Shown piece after piece: positions 1-16,081 of a stretch of 64,000 bases of DNA. The DNA lies in the NCBI RefSeq assembly GCF_009914755.1, contig NC_060928.1, one strand, 5' to 3'. The notes under the pieces are model-generated. The model did not search any database and was not told the DNA's origin. It worked only from the letters and a program-made list of their open reading frames with translations. The position numbers were made by a program, and so were the translations under genes. This DNA is from the human T2T-CHM13v2.0 reference genome, Homo sapiens. Each line of letters opens with the position of its first letter. Position 1 is the first letter of the stretch.

Positions 1-199
1 ACTAGTGTCATTAAAAGAAAAGGGAGAGACACCAGGTTGGTACAAACAGAGAACAGCTCATGTGAGGTCTCAGGAGAACAAAACCTGCTGAAACCTTGAT
101 CTTGAACTTCCAACTTCCAGAACCCTGAGAAATAAATTTTTGTTATGTAAGCTGTCCAGTCTGTGGTATTTTTTATAGCAGCCTTAGCTGAGTAATACA
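1..199 (+). mobile_element. MLT1-type MaLR LTR, 3' part (cut by window edge)
   Basis: Contains the typical MLT1 3' sequence ccttgatcttgaacttcc...gagaaataaatt...agtctgtggtattt...agcagcc and ends ...taataca at 199. Confidence 0.75.
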
Positions 200-269
200 G
201 TCACTATGTTTTTTTAATTTTCATGTTACCAGACATTTGGATCCTCTCTGTTTCCCCGGTAAAAACAAT

Positions 270-900
270 TGTAGATGCATGTTTACTTGTTACCTTGTGT
301 ACATGTGCAAAAAATCCTCTGGGTTGAATACCAAGAGGTAGGATTATTGCAATTTAGAATTTTATTTTTCCAATCTGATGGATAGAGAATACTATCTCAC
401 TGTGCTTTTAATTTGTACTTTCCTGATTACTAGTAAGGTTAATAATTTTTCATTGGTTAGTGTTCAGTTATGATTCCTCTCATGTGGACATCCTTTTCCA
501 TATTTGGTCCATTCTCCTGTTGTATTGTCTTCCCTTATTGTCAAAATGCTCCATAGTCTGAATACTATTGGTTGACAGCACAATGCAACATTTTCTGTCT
601 TTCTGTGTCTTGTCTTGTATGTTTTATGAAATCCTTACAGAAAAAATTTAAATTTTATGATACTTACATTTATCAATAATTTCCTTTGTTTATATTTTAA
701 TGCTTTAAGAAACCCTTTATTATACTAAGCAATGAAAAGACTAAAATTTACTGTTAAATATTATGAAATTTTGTCTTTTGCTTTGAAATTTTAATCTACC
801 TAAAAACTGTTTAAATATTGTGTGGAGTAGAGACCCAATTTTATTTTTTTAACTAACATTTAATACACAGCAACATTTCAAGTATAGTTCATATTTTTCC
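270..900 (-). mobile_element. Old L1M (L1ME-like) 3' fragment
   Basis: T-rich strand with degenerate antisense L1 ORF2-end motifs, e.g. ccaatctgatgga...tatctcactgtgcttttaatttgtactttcctgattactagt. Boundaries approximate. Confidence 0.55.
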
Positions 901-2112
901 ACAACTATAAATTTAAAATTTTTATAAATTTCAATTCTTTCACTGCTGTCATTTAAGTTTATTGTTGTATATTTATGTTGCATCAGAATTAACTAATACA
1001 GTATTCACTTATTAATTCTCATAATTTGTCTTTGTAGTATCTTAGGTGTTTTATATGTATAGTCATATAAGTACATATATATTTGTTTTATTTATTATAA
1101 ACTTTTGTCAAGATCAAATGAATTCTGCAATGATGAATAGTGATTTTAAAAACGATTAAAAAAGGTAAAATCCTTTCCCCAAGGAAATTACATTTACAAT
1201 ATTTTTTCTGTTTGTTAATTATACACATATTTCTCTTTACCTTATTAACCTCTCCAACATCACTTCCCTTGAAACAAGGCAGCTTGTCTTTGGGGGATTC
1301 ATTTGATTCTAGAAAGCTGACTCTATTTCCAGGAATATATAACAGAAGCCAATCAGTGCATTAAATCTCTCAAGAATAGTGTTTCATGGGTAGCATGTAA
1401 CCTAAATTGGTTTAATCAGAATAACTCTCAGAATTTCATGATAATTCTGGAACAAAGATACTTTCTCATCCTTGAAAACATGAATAAGGGATAATGTAAG
1501 CTTAAGAACTGGTGACTAACCGTTGTGGAGAAAGAAGGAAAGAAGCTTTGAAGAAAATTAACTTCTTGACAAGCGGAGTGGAAAACTAAATAAAAAAAAA
1601 TCGTTTGGTAACATGTTTGAGTTATCCTGGATCATGTCTTATTTGATTTATGTGATGCCAACCCAACCTCAGGACTTCTAACTTACATACCCCAATACAC
1701 TTTCTTATTAAAAATCATTTTGATTAGGATTTTCCATTACTGTGGTTTATTTTAATAAAAAAATAGGTATATAAAATACAGATTTAGTTTCTCATAGAAA
1801 AAAGATTATCTCTACCAGAATACAAGCTCTGAGATGAAGGAAGGCTATTATCAATAAAATAAAAAATAACACAAGAACTAGAATATAGGAAATGCATGGA
1901 CATGATTTTAATAAAAAAGAATGACATAAACCTATTTATTGTGGCCGAATTGTGTGACACACACAAAAAAACACACCTTGTAAGCCTTTGGTATCAAACT
2001 TGAATTCAAATTCCATGCTCCATCTCTTACAAGTCACATGCTATGTACTATCTCTATGTGTACATCCCTCACTAGTTAAATGGATAAGTTACCCGATGAA
2101 GTTGTTTTATGC

Positions 2113-2114
<2 letters not shown>

Positions 2115-2160
<46 letters not shown>
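2115..2160. repeat. (TG)23 microsatellite
   Basis: Uninterrupted TG run read directly from the sequence. Confidence 0.97.
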
Positions 2161-2170
<10 letters not shown>

Positions 2171-2429
2171 GATAAGTAGATCTTGACACGGGGACTAAAA
2201 ATAGTGAATTGGCAGATTGGCTTTAGTTTTCCAACTCAAATACAAACATATCCATATACCCTTCCTGTCCACTTTTCTGGTGTTTTCTGTGGATGGCAGG
2301 TGTCCTGAGATTTTGGGTGGATAGGGAAGTAAGTTAAATCAGCCTTCTGGAGTTAAAGACAAGGCCTCCCAATTTTCTGGTTAGTATAGATACTAAGTCT
2401 GTAAATCCAAGCTCATACAGAAACTGTGT

Positions 2430-3186
<757 letters not shown>

Positions 3187-3578
3187 GAGATAAGTATATA
3201 AATTCTATTTTATCTTTTTTTTTTCTTTTTTCTTTTCCAGAGGACACTATTTTATGAAACAAACCTAGAGTCAGAAAGGAAGTGAAGTTGGGTAGGTTTC
3301 TTTCTCAATACCTTTATATTCTTAATATTAGTAGATAATTTACCCAAACTATGGGTCTTATATTTCAGTTTTTATCCTTGTGTCTTTAAATGTATTTTAG
3401 CAGAAAATTGACAGAGATTGCTCAAAGATCTGCTACTCAGGTGGCATTAATATGAGAAATTCTCCACTGTAATATGTTTAGAAACAGAATATGAATATAA
3501 ATAACATTGTAAAATAAATACACAATAGTTTCTTGACAAACTTTACATTTCCCATGATTATGAAGTTAATTTTTCATT

Positions 3579-6016
<2,438 letters not shown>

Positions 6017-6391
6017 GCTATTTGTTGCTGGAATGCATTTTTTATTGTGTTATTGTTATGTAGGTCTGTGAGAATTATGCTTTAAGGAGGTTCTATTTTG
6101 GTGTATTTTGAGGATTTATTTCAAGATTTAGAGCCCCTATTGGCAGTTATTTTAGTGTTGGATGGTAGTGGCAAATTCTCTCAGTTTTTTTGGGGCTGGA
6201 AAAGACTACCATTCCTTCATTTACGAAGTTTACTTTCACTGGATACAAAATTCTTGGCTGATAATTGTTTTGTTTAAGGAGGTCAAAAATAGGACCCCAA
6301 TTCCTTCTAGCGTGTAGAGTTTCTGAGAAATCTCCTGTTAACCTGATACGTTTTCATTTATAGGTTATCTAATGCTTTTGCCTCACAGCTT

Positions 6392-6501
6392 GTTTTTTTA
6401 TTAGTATTATACTTTAACTTCTGGGGTACATGTGCAGAACATGCAGGTTTGTTACATAGGTATACACGTGCCATGGTGGTTTGCTACACCCATCAACCAC
6501 A
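6392..6501 (-). mobile_element. Very short 5'-truncated L1PA 3' end (~110 bp) inserted in the older L1
   Basis: ttatactttaacttctggggtacatgtgcagaacatgcaggtttgttacataggtatacacgtgccatggtggtttgct is the L1PA 3' terminus. TSD tcacagctt at 6383-6391 and 6502-6510. Confidence 0.9.
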
Positions 6502-9500
6502 TCACAGCTTTTAAGATCATTTCCTTTGTCTTGACGTTAGATAACCTGATGGCTATGTACCTAGGCCATGATCTTTTGGCAATGAATTTCCCAGGTATCT
6601 TCAGAGCTTCTTGTACTGGGGATGTCTAGATGTCTAGCAAGGCAGGGGGAGTTTTCCTTGATTATTCCCTCAAATATGTTTTCCAAACTTTTAAATTTCT
6701 CTTCTTTCTTGGGAACGCCAATTATTCTTAGATTTGCATGTTTAACATAGTCCCAAACTTCTTGGAGGCTTTGTTAGTTTTTTAAATTCTTTTTTCTTCA
6801 TCTTTGATGGATTGAATTAATTCAGAAGCCTTGTCTTCGACCTTTGAAGTTCTTTCTTCTGCTTGTTTTATTCTATTGCTGAGATTTTCCAGTGCATTTT
6901 GCATTTCTCTATGTGGTCCTTAATTTCCAGAATTTGTGTTTGTTTTTAATTTATGCTGTTTATTTCACTGAAGACTTTTCCTTTCATATCCTGTATCATG
7001 ATTTTAATTTCTCTAAGTTGGACTTCATGTTTCTCTGGTACCTCCTTGATTAGCTTAATAATTGACCTTCTGTATTCTTTTTCTGGCAATTCAGAGATGT
7101 CACCTTGGTGTGGATCCATTGCTGGTGATCTGGTATGGTCTTTAGGGGGTGGTAAAGAATATTCTTTTGTCATATTACCAGAATTGTTTTTCTGATTCCT
7201 TCTCATTAGGTAGAACCTTGTTTTGTCATATTACCAAAATTATTTTTCTGGTTCCTCTCATTTGGGTAAACGATGTCAGAGGGAAGATCTGGGATTCAAG
7301 GGCTGCTGTTCACATTCTTTTATCCCATGGGGTGCTCTCTTGATGTGGTGTTCTCTCCCTTCCTCTAGGAATGGGGCCTCCTGAGAGCAGAACTGTAGTG
7401 ATCGTTTTTGCTCTTCCAGGTCTAGCCACACAGGGAAGCTACCAGGATCTTGGCTGGTACTGGGGATTGTTTGCAAAGAGTCCTGTGATGTGATCCATCT
7501 TCAGGTCTGACAGCCATGGATACCAGCACCTGCTCTTGTGGACTTAGCAGCGGAGTAAAGTGGACTCTGTGAGGGTCCTTGGTTGTGTTTTTGTTTAGTG
7601 CACCTGTTTTGTGTGGGTTGGCCTCAAGCCAGGAGGTGGTGCTTTCAAGAGCATATTAGCTGTGGTCATACAGGGAGGATGCAAACTTGCCCTAGGGACA
7701 CCTGGCTAAGTATTCAGGTTTTTCAGGCAGTGGGCAGGCCATCAAGCTCGCAAGAGAATATGAGCTTTGTCTTCAGCTGCCAGGGCAGGTAGAGAAAGAC
7801 CACCAGGTAGGGGCAGGGAGAGGCTTAGTCTGAGCCCAGCTTCTCCATGGGTAGGGCTTGCTGTGGCTACTGTGAGAGATAAGGGTGTGGTTCCCAGTCC
7901 AGTGGAGTTATATTATTACCCAGGGAGATTATGGCTGTGTCTGCTGAGTCATACAGGTCGCCAGGAAAGTGGGGGAAAGCTGGCAGTCACAGGCTTCACC
8001 CTGCTCCCACACAGCCCACTGTCTTAAAGGCTGGTCTCGCTCCCACCATCCCCACCACAACAGCACCGAGTCTATTTCCAGGCAGCCAGTGACAAGGGCT
8101 GAGAACTTGCCCCAGACCATGAGCCTCCCCATTGAGAAAGCAAGAAGATTCAGTTTTTCAGCATCTCAGGGAGCCTGCAATGGTGTCCCAGTTCCTTCAA
8201 AGGGTCTGTGGATTCTCTGAGAGTTTCTGGTATGTTCCTGTGGAAGTTATTGGAGTAAAAGTTCACGATGTGAGTCTCCACACGCTGCTCTGGCCATCCA
8301 AGTGGGATCTGCAAGTTAGTCCTATCTCCTATCTACCATCGTTCTAATATGTCAAGGATTACCTGTTTTCATTGATATGATGATCTCTCTAGAAGTCCAT
8401 TCTTATTCACCAATTTGCTGATGTTTATTGAATTATTTACTAGGCACAAGGTATAAAGATTTTTAAGTCATGATTTGTGTCCTCAGGTTAATCTCTAGAG
8501 ACAGAGAGGTAAACAAATGACAACAGAAGATCCCCATTGATATAGGACAAGTCCTTAAGGCTGCAAATGCTACAAAAGTGTAGCAGAAAATGTTTCAAAT
8601 ATACGATGACATAAAAATAAAAATTCATGCATATTTTAGATATCAGGAAAATTGAGAGGAAAAAAATGACACTTGATTTTACAAATGCTCTAGTAACCTA
8701 ATTGGATGACTTTTCAAGATCAACAATAGAGAAAAATAAATTTCAACCTTGTTGACCTCTTAGGAAAGACAAATATATTGTATATAGCATATTAAAATAA
8801 AATAATCTGGCAATGCAATAGGAAAGTTATCAAGTTGTATGGTTCAAAATATGTGATTTGCCATTCAAATTACTTTTGCCAAACTTTTTCTACTTGGTAA
8901 CTATTCTAGGAAATTCAAAGGGCAAAATCTATAATATTGGTTCTTGCTGCCTTTTTACAGGATTGTTGAGTTCGCTTTGTGAGCTGAAACTGCATGAGCT
9001 AGTGCTCATTTCCAAGCCCTGTGAAAAAAACTTATATTTTTTTTTCCTGAAAAACAATGGAATTCAATGAAAAGTTATACGGGATAAGAGGAGAAATCTA
9101 GATCCCTAAACAACATTCAGAAATGGCTTCCAGCTGTTGTAAATATCACCTATAAGTTGTTTACAAAGCTAGATGTAATATTTTGCTCCCTTGTAATGAC
9201 AGTGATTTTTTTTTTTGCCCAGTCTTTCTCAGAATGAACATGGTGTTGATTTGTTATTACTCTTTTACTACTTAATTTTTGAGGTATATGATACAAAAAA
9301 GCAATCAATGTAGCAATAAACTAGCTTTATCAAATATTAATAGATTTGTCTTATTTGCTTCACTTTTTGAAAAATGAGTTCACATTTTTTGAATTCCTAC
9401 TTTTTAAAAGACTTATTTAGCCTGATGTAGTATGAAATATTTCAATATGTCTATAAGTACACAAAACAAAAAATATACTGCCCAAGATTTATTACAAAAT

Positions 9501-10180
9501 TATTACCTTTGTAGCCACTACCCAAGTTAAAAAAACGTTTGCCACAACCCACAGATTCCTTTTCTGTCCTCTTCCATTACTATTCCATCTCCTCTCCTAA
9601 AGTAACCACAATCTTGACAATTTCTATTGGGGGCTTAGGCATCATAACAATCCCAGATCAACTAAATCAAGTATCCATGATTAAATTTAATTAATGCTGG
9701 GTTGCAGTTCCTCAGAATGTCAATTTCACTGTAAGTAAAACTTGCTCCTGTATTCCAACACTTTAGGATCCCAGTGCAAAGATGAGAAATTTATCTAGGG
9801 CATCTTTTACATCATGGAAATGTATGGAGTCTAATTTTTGTTTCCCTGGTCTCATGAGACTCTCAAAAACAGTTCCCAGGGTCACAAACTCTCAGTTACT
9901 TCTTCCTGGATTGGCACATACCCAGAAGGCTAAAATGGCCCTAAATGCCAGGCTCAGATGCCTTGAATTGTACATCCTCCAATAGTTGGAGAATTGGTAA
10001 CTTGCCAATTACTTCAAGCAGATGCTTCTTTAGTCTTTGTCCAGCTTTTCTTGTAGTTTTCAGTAGGATTGTTGATTCAGATTTACTAGTGCACCAATTC
10101 TGGAAGCTAAAGTCTCATTACTATTTTTTAAGTACAAACGTTACAGATATAATTAAAATTCTGAATCCTCCTTTCTTGAT

Positions 10181-10568
10181 TGATGTGGTTTGGATCTGTG
10201 TTTCCACCCAAATCTCATGTTCAATTGTAATCCCCAATGTTGGAGGTAGAGTCTGGTGGAAGGTGATTGTATCATGGGGGTGGTTTCTCCTGATTGGTTT
10301 AGCATCATATCCCTTGCTTGTGATAATGAGTGATTCTCCCAGGATCTGGTCATTTAAAAGTGTGTAGTACCTCCCTGCTCGCTCTCTCTGGCTCCTGCTC
10401 TGGCCATGTAATACACGCCTGCTTCCCCTTCCCCTTCTACCATAACTGTAAGTTTCCTGAGCTTCCTGTACAGCCTGCAGAACTGTGAGCCAATTTAAAC
10501 CCTCTTTTCTTTATAAATTACCTACTTTTGGATATTTATTTATATCAATGCGAGAAAAGACTAATACA
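10181..10568 (+). mobile_element. MSTA-like MaLR solo LTR
   Basis: Starts tgatgtggtttggatctgtg...cccaaatctcatgtt and ends gactaataca. Perfect 5-bp TSD ttgat at 10176-10180 and 10569-10573. Confidence 0.92.
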
Positions 10569-10589
10569 TTGATCTTCTTCACCTCTTTT

Positions 10590-11460
10590 TTCCCTTCGTC
10601 TAGCACAGAATTACTATCCTAAATTATAGTGATTTTTATTCCAAACATTTCAGTGTTTTTTCCATACATATGAGTTCATACTTAATACATACTAACCAGT
10701 TTGCATATGTTTACATTTTAAAATATAATATTGAGATTTCCATTCTATAATTATCTTACTTCAAAACATTTTTATGTGAAATTTCTTTGTTTATACATGA
10801 ATTCTACTTCAAATATTTTATGAACTAAATAGAGTCATTCATAAAAATATACTTCAAGTAAATTAACACTCTCCTTTGGATAAACAAATATTTCACTCTT
10901 ATAACTAATGTCCTAATAAATGAATTTACATAAGCAAAAGATGTCTCAGGAAATAGAATGTAAGTGGTTAGTTTTAGAATATGTACATCTTCAACTTCAC
11001 TAAATTTGTGCAATTACCTTCCAAAATTACCTAGTTTATATCCCCACCAGCACAGAATCTGGGTTTTCTTTGCTCTACATCCTTGATAATACTTAATATT
11101 TTTAGAATGTTAATATTTATTTTCAATATGAAAGTTAAAAATATGGTATTTGCTTTGAATTTGAATTTTTGTATGCCATTTATTTTTTCCAAAAATGTAT
11201 TGGATACTATGATTTCTTCTCTGAATTGCCTGTTGATACATTTTAACGTTTGCCTATTAGTTTTTTTTTTTGTTCTTATTGGTTTATAATATCTATATAT
11301 GTTTGAGGTCTGAATCTTTTAGTTTTATATTTTTGGAATTCCTATTGTCTCTAAGAAGCATTTATATTTGTATTTGATAGTGTCTTATTTTAATATTACC
11401 ATATTTATCAATATTTTCATTTATACAGTTTTATAAAATTCGTTTAAAAATTTCTTGTAT
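10590..11460 (-). mobile_element. Old L1ME-like 3' fragment
   Basis: Degenerate antisense L1 3' motifs such as tacatcttcaacttcacta...ccttccaaaa...tttatatccccaccagca...ctctacatccttg. A related piece lies at about 9480-9620. Confidence 0.5.
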
Positions 11461-12849
11461 AATAGGAAAACGTAATTTATGTTACATGACTATAAAACAT
11501 AATCTTCAGTGGTTTAAAATTACAGTGTAATATTTCACACTTATGTCAACACTGCGAGATGAGTCTGTTGTGCTTGCAATGATTGAGTGATGCAGGTTGT
11601 TTATCCAGTTAAAATGACAATATCCTTCCATTACTGTTTGATGACACCTTATAATCTTTAACCAAAACACTTCATTGTAAAAGAAAAATGCAATCAATTA
11701 ACCTCTAAGTTTCTCAAATAATAACCACAATACATCTTTTCTATGTATAAGATATTTTCAAGTAAATTATCTAATTTATGCAACATAACACATTATTCAG
11801 TTGTTTAATAGCAGAGAGATGATTCAATCATATGACTTCAGACTCCGCAGAACTACTACTAATTTCATCTATGAGTGACTAGAAAGAGTAGTTATAAAAG
11901 AGTGATTTACTTTTGGATGATGTGGTGGCTCAAAGTATAAATTCCTAACTTTTATAATTGAACAGTGTAAAAGATTTTGTCAAATATATTTCCTGTGTTT
12001 GATGGCAGGTACATATTCTGCCCAAGCTGTTATTTAAAACAATAAAGCATATTTCAATTGTGTTGATTTAACTGAGAGAGGCAGAAACTACACATGACAA
12101 GTGGAACTCTATGATCTTACCATACAGAAAAAAAAAATGTATATCTATCTATCTAAACTAGCTTGTCCTTGCTATGCTGAATCAAAGTCATGCCAATCAC
12201 TGAAAAGAATTCTCCCTATTCAAAGTATATTAGCAGAGAGATACAAGCAGACCATGAACTGAGAAACAGTTCAAAAAGTGAGACAAAGCAGTTAGTCCCA
12301 CACAGTGATTTTTTTAAGTCTATGTTTTCTTGATTTTAAACTTTCCTTTCTATGTATAACAGAAGCATGAAAAGCATGTTAATATAATCATCTATCCTGT
12401 TTTTTATTAAAATAGATATTGATGATTTTTCTCTGATAAGAAGTTATGACATTCCATTTTCAAAACATACAAAAAGAACTAGTATCATTACAGTTCATTA
12501 AGTATGTATCAATTTACTAAATATATCACATTTCTCAAAAAATTTTCCAGTGTACTTGGAGTGGTTTCACCTGCTTATATCTGTTGTGATTTTTAGCTTT
12601 TATTCATATTTTAAAATAAATAAATATGTTTGCGATTTTTAAGCAATAGTATAGCAATGTAGGACTTCATGTACATATTAAAATTTGACCCTGTTAATCA
12701 TCTGCCCAAAGTACCTGGCACAGAGACTTTGGTTATTTGAATAGAAACTGATTTCTTATCCTCAAATGCAATGTAGTAGGCTGACAGAACAAAGATAAGA
12801 AAGGATAATTCTTATTTTGAAATGTTTTCTGAAATTTAGAAAGCAAGTG

Positions 12850-12962
12850 ATAATGGAGTGGTTGAAACGCAATGAATTGGAATCACAGTGACTAGCTCTG
12901 TTTTAACCCTTCCATGGCCTTGGAAATTGCCTCCCCTCTGACATGTAGTTTCTTCATAAAAA
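12850..12962 (+). mobile_element. MIR fragment
   Basis: gtggttgaaacgca...ttggaatcaca...ccttggaaattgcctcccctctgacatgtagtttcttcat resembles the MIR core. Confidence 0.45.
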
Positions 12963-13242
12963 CAGGCTATGTTTTATGCTCCATATTTCTCCCTTATGTT
13001 TCATAATTAAATAATTTTCACTCAGACACGGTCTTATAAAAATGGCTCCAAAGGAATAGTCTGAGGTGTGCTAACGCAAGCAATATCCTAGCTTCAGACT
13101 GAGCTCAGATATTTTTTGAAAGACAAGAGAGAGAAATTCAGGCATTACCTAAGAGTCATCAAAATCTTTAAAGGGGTTCTTAATGATGTCTTATGATAAG
13201 ATTCCTTATTTTATCTTCTGTATAAGGAAAAAGCTCATGGGA

Positions 13243-13551
13243 GGCTGGACCCAGTGGCTGAAGCCTGTAATCCCAACCCTTTCGGAGGCTGAGGTGAGAT
13301 GGTCACTTTAGGCAGGAGTTATAGACCAGCCTGAACATGTAACAAGACCCAATATCTACAAAAATAAAACAATAATTAGCTGGGCATGGTGACACATGCA
13401 TGTAGCCCCAGCTACCCGGGAGGCTGAGGTGGGAGGATTCCTTAAGCCTAGGAATTCCAGACTGCAGTGAACTATGATTACACCACCGCACTCCAATTTG
13501 GATGACAGAGAAAGACCCCACTTCTAAAACAACAACGGCAACAGAAAACAA
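13243..13551 (+). mobile_element. AluJ
   Basis: Diverged dimer with J-type features (gaggtgggaggatt, gtgaactatgatt) and a decayed A/C tail. Loose TSD aa(g/c)ctcat. Confidence 0.92.
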
Positions 13552-13719
13552 CCTCATAGAAATGTATTACTAGTTATAGATTTTGGTATATTTATATCTA
13601 AATATATGTTTAGATATAAAAATGTTTAGATATAAAAATATTTTTTATATATGTACACATGCACAACCATCTGGCAATATCTATAACCCATTCACATTTC
13701 TCCAGAAAACTATACTCTA

Positions 13720-13975
13720 ATGCCCAGATCAAAGGGGTCAGATAATACAAGGGCTTAAAGAACAGTTTAAGAATGTTGAACTTCATCTTAATGACAGTGA
13801 AAAGCCACTAAAAGGTTAAAAAGTAGTTGTGTAAGATGACTGAATATGAGTTTGGGGAATATTATTGTGGCTATATGGAGATTGTATGGAAGGAGCACAT
13901 ATATAGTTATAAAAGCTGTAGGAAGCCCAGTTAAGAGGCCATCACAAGATGCCAGGAAAGAAAGATGTGTCCCTA
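13720..13975 (-). mobile_element. L2 fragment
   Basis: Antisense L2 motifs: taagaatgttgaacttcatcttaatgacagtgaaaagccactaaaagg and gaagcccagttaagaggc. Confidence 0.55.
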
Positions 13976-14339
13976 GCGGAAGGCAGCTCCTGCAGAGTTG
14001 AACAGACTTGAAGAGAATTCAGAGCAATTCAGCTGCACCCCAGCCTCTCTGTGCTCTCTGATTGCATAGAGATCATTGCTTGTGCAATTGGTTAAATCGG
14101 AGACCATCTTCTCAAGCTGCTTTCTTCCATATTACAGAAGGACTGGCCGAGAAATTATTCTCCCTCTTCCTCTGAGACCGTTTTCAGTGAACTATAGGGC
14201 AGCAACTAAAGATTAAGTCAGAAACGCATGTCTCCCATTACAACTTCATATACCAGATAGGATCCAGTGACATAGGTCATAAATGGTAAAGAAAAAAGCC
14301 TTTAAGTCTCATAAAACACTTTATATTCAAGGAGTAATA

Positions 14340-14485
14340 TATGTTAAATTTCCTTAACTTCTGAGACTTCTTGCCTAAAAAATGAAGATCCCATACTTCA
14401 TAAGATACTGTATTAAATGAAAAAAAAATAAATGGAATATAGCACCTGGCACAAAGTAGGTGCTAAATAAGTACTAATTCCCTTC
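14340..14485 (+). mobile_element. MIR 3' part
   Basis: ttccttaacttctgagacttctt...aaaatgaagat...tagcacctggcacaaagtaggtgctaaataa. Confidence 0.6.
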
Positions 14486-14601
14486 TTTCCACTTCAACCC
14501 CTTCTTAGTTAACAGACAGGAAGTAACAGATGTCTTAAAAATATATATTGTTAATCCCTAAATATATTATTAATGGCCCAGAATAGAGATTCTAAAAACT
14601 G

Positions 14602-14959
14602 CAATCCATGCATCGATTAACAGTGGGGATACATTCTGAGAAATAAATCATTAGGGAATTTTATCATTGTGCAAGCATCATAGAGTGTACTCAGACAAAC
14701 CTAGATGGTGAAGCTTGCCACACAACTAGGCTACATGGTATAGTCTATTGCTCCTAGGCTACAAACCTGGACAATATATTACTACTGAATATTGTAGACA
14801 ATGGTCACACAATGGTAAGTGTGTGTATTTAAATATAAAAAAGTACAGTAAAAATATGGTATCATAATTTTATGAGACCATCATCATATTATAATCTTAT
14901 AGGACCACCTTCATATATGTGATCTGTCACTGACCAAAATGTCATATGGTTTATGACTG
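14602..14959 (-). mobile_element. Tigger3a/MER7-like non-autonomous DNA transposon
   Basis: Ends resemble Tigger3 TIRs (ca.tccatgcatcg.ttaac.gtggggatacattctgagaaa and ...atgactg followed by TA). Internal acaaacctagatggt and ttgctcctaggctacaaacctg also match. Confidence 0.85.
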
Positions 14960-16014
14960 TAGATCTTTTCAGCTTGCCTTGGAAGTACCTAATTTATCAT
15001 GCTAAATAGATTTAGATTATTTGTTGTGGCCATATATAAAGTTAATATTCTTTCTTCTTTAAGCCCCTATCTTTACCTAAGGAGTAGCTATGCAATAGTG
15101 ACCTTTTTATATATTGAAATTCTGCAGTGAAATAATTTAACTTCTCTCCCCTGGCAGATTGGAAACAAAATCCCGAGGAAAGGGAATAAAATAGAATGTT
15201 AAAATCTAATCAATATCCATATATTGCCAAAAATCTGTGATGCTCAGACGTATCATCCAAAGTTTCATAAATGTGGCTGTCTTATTATGTATTATCCTCC
15301 ACACTCAGAGTGCTTCCAACAACTAAAAGATTTGGCCACAGATCAGAAAGTAACTTTGGCAATTAAAAAAAAAATCAAAGAATATAACTAGACAATATGT
15401 AGAAAAGTGGACAATGAGGCAAGATGGTAAAGAAGTATTGATAATCAGTGAATTATAGTGATCATAATAGTTTGCTTTCTCTGCTCTAGCCTATTTACCC
15501 CTCTGTTCAAACTCAAATGTATTTAGATCACTACTTTGTGGGATATGGGAAGTGGGACAGAATTTCCATCCCACTCATGCCTGATAAAATGACCTCTGTT
15601 CCACCACCGCTCTGACTAAACTTGTCATAACTCTGAAACAAAAGGCCAGATTTAAATATGAGAAAGTGGTAAGAAATGCTTCCTCGCATACTACTATACC
15701 ATGAGGTTTTTCTTTTTTAATCACATCTTTCTGTGAATTTCTCATGCTTGTTTTTAAATCTTTTACTTTTCCCATCAAAGTAATTAAGCTGATTCCTAAA
15801 ATGGTCATCAAGACTTAACAAAAAAACTAAATGTCCTCCATTTCTCTTCTTACTATGAAATGGACAGGCAGAGAATCTGTGCACTGTTGAATAAGGCAAG
15901 GAGGAGCAAGTTGATACTGCAGTGCCAGTTGCATTGCATAGGAAGTCATGCCTAGTCAGCTTGCAATTGTACTTCCGTCCCTTTATCTGCCCCTTCATTT
16001 ACAAGCTACTTCCC

Positions 16015-16081
16015 TATCTCTCTCTCTCTCTCTTTTTCTCTCTTCCTTTCCCTCTCTCTCTTTCTACTCTCTCTCTCTCTT
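16015..16081. repeat. CT-rich simple repeat
   Basis: Imperfect (CT)n polypyrimidine tract. Confidence 0.9.

Noticed and set aside
2115-2160. (TG)23 as a Z-DNA regulatory element
   Set aside because: It is an ordinary microsatellite with no promoter or CpG island nearby.
8941-9010. Splice-acceptor-like ttcttgctgcctttttacag|G
   Set aside because: No convincing donor or coding frame follows, and such motifs are common by chance.
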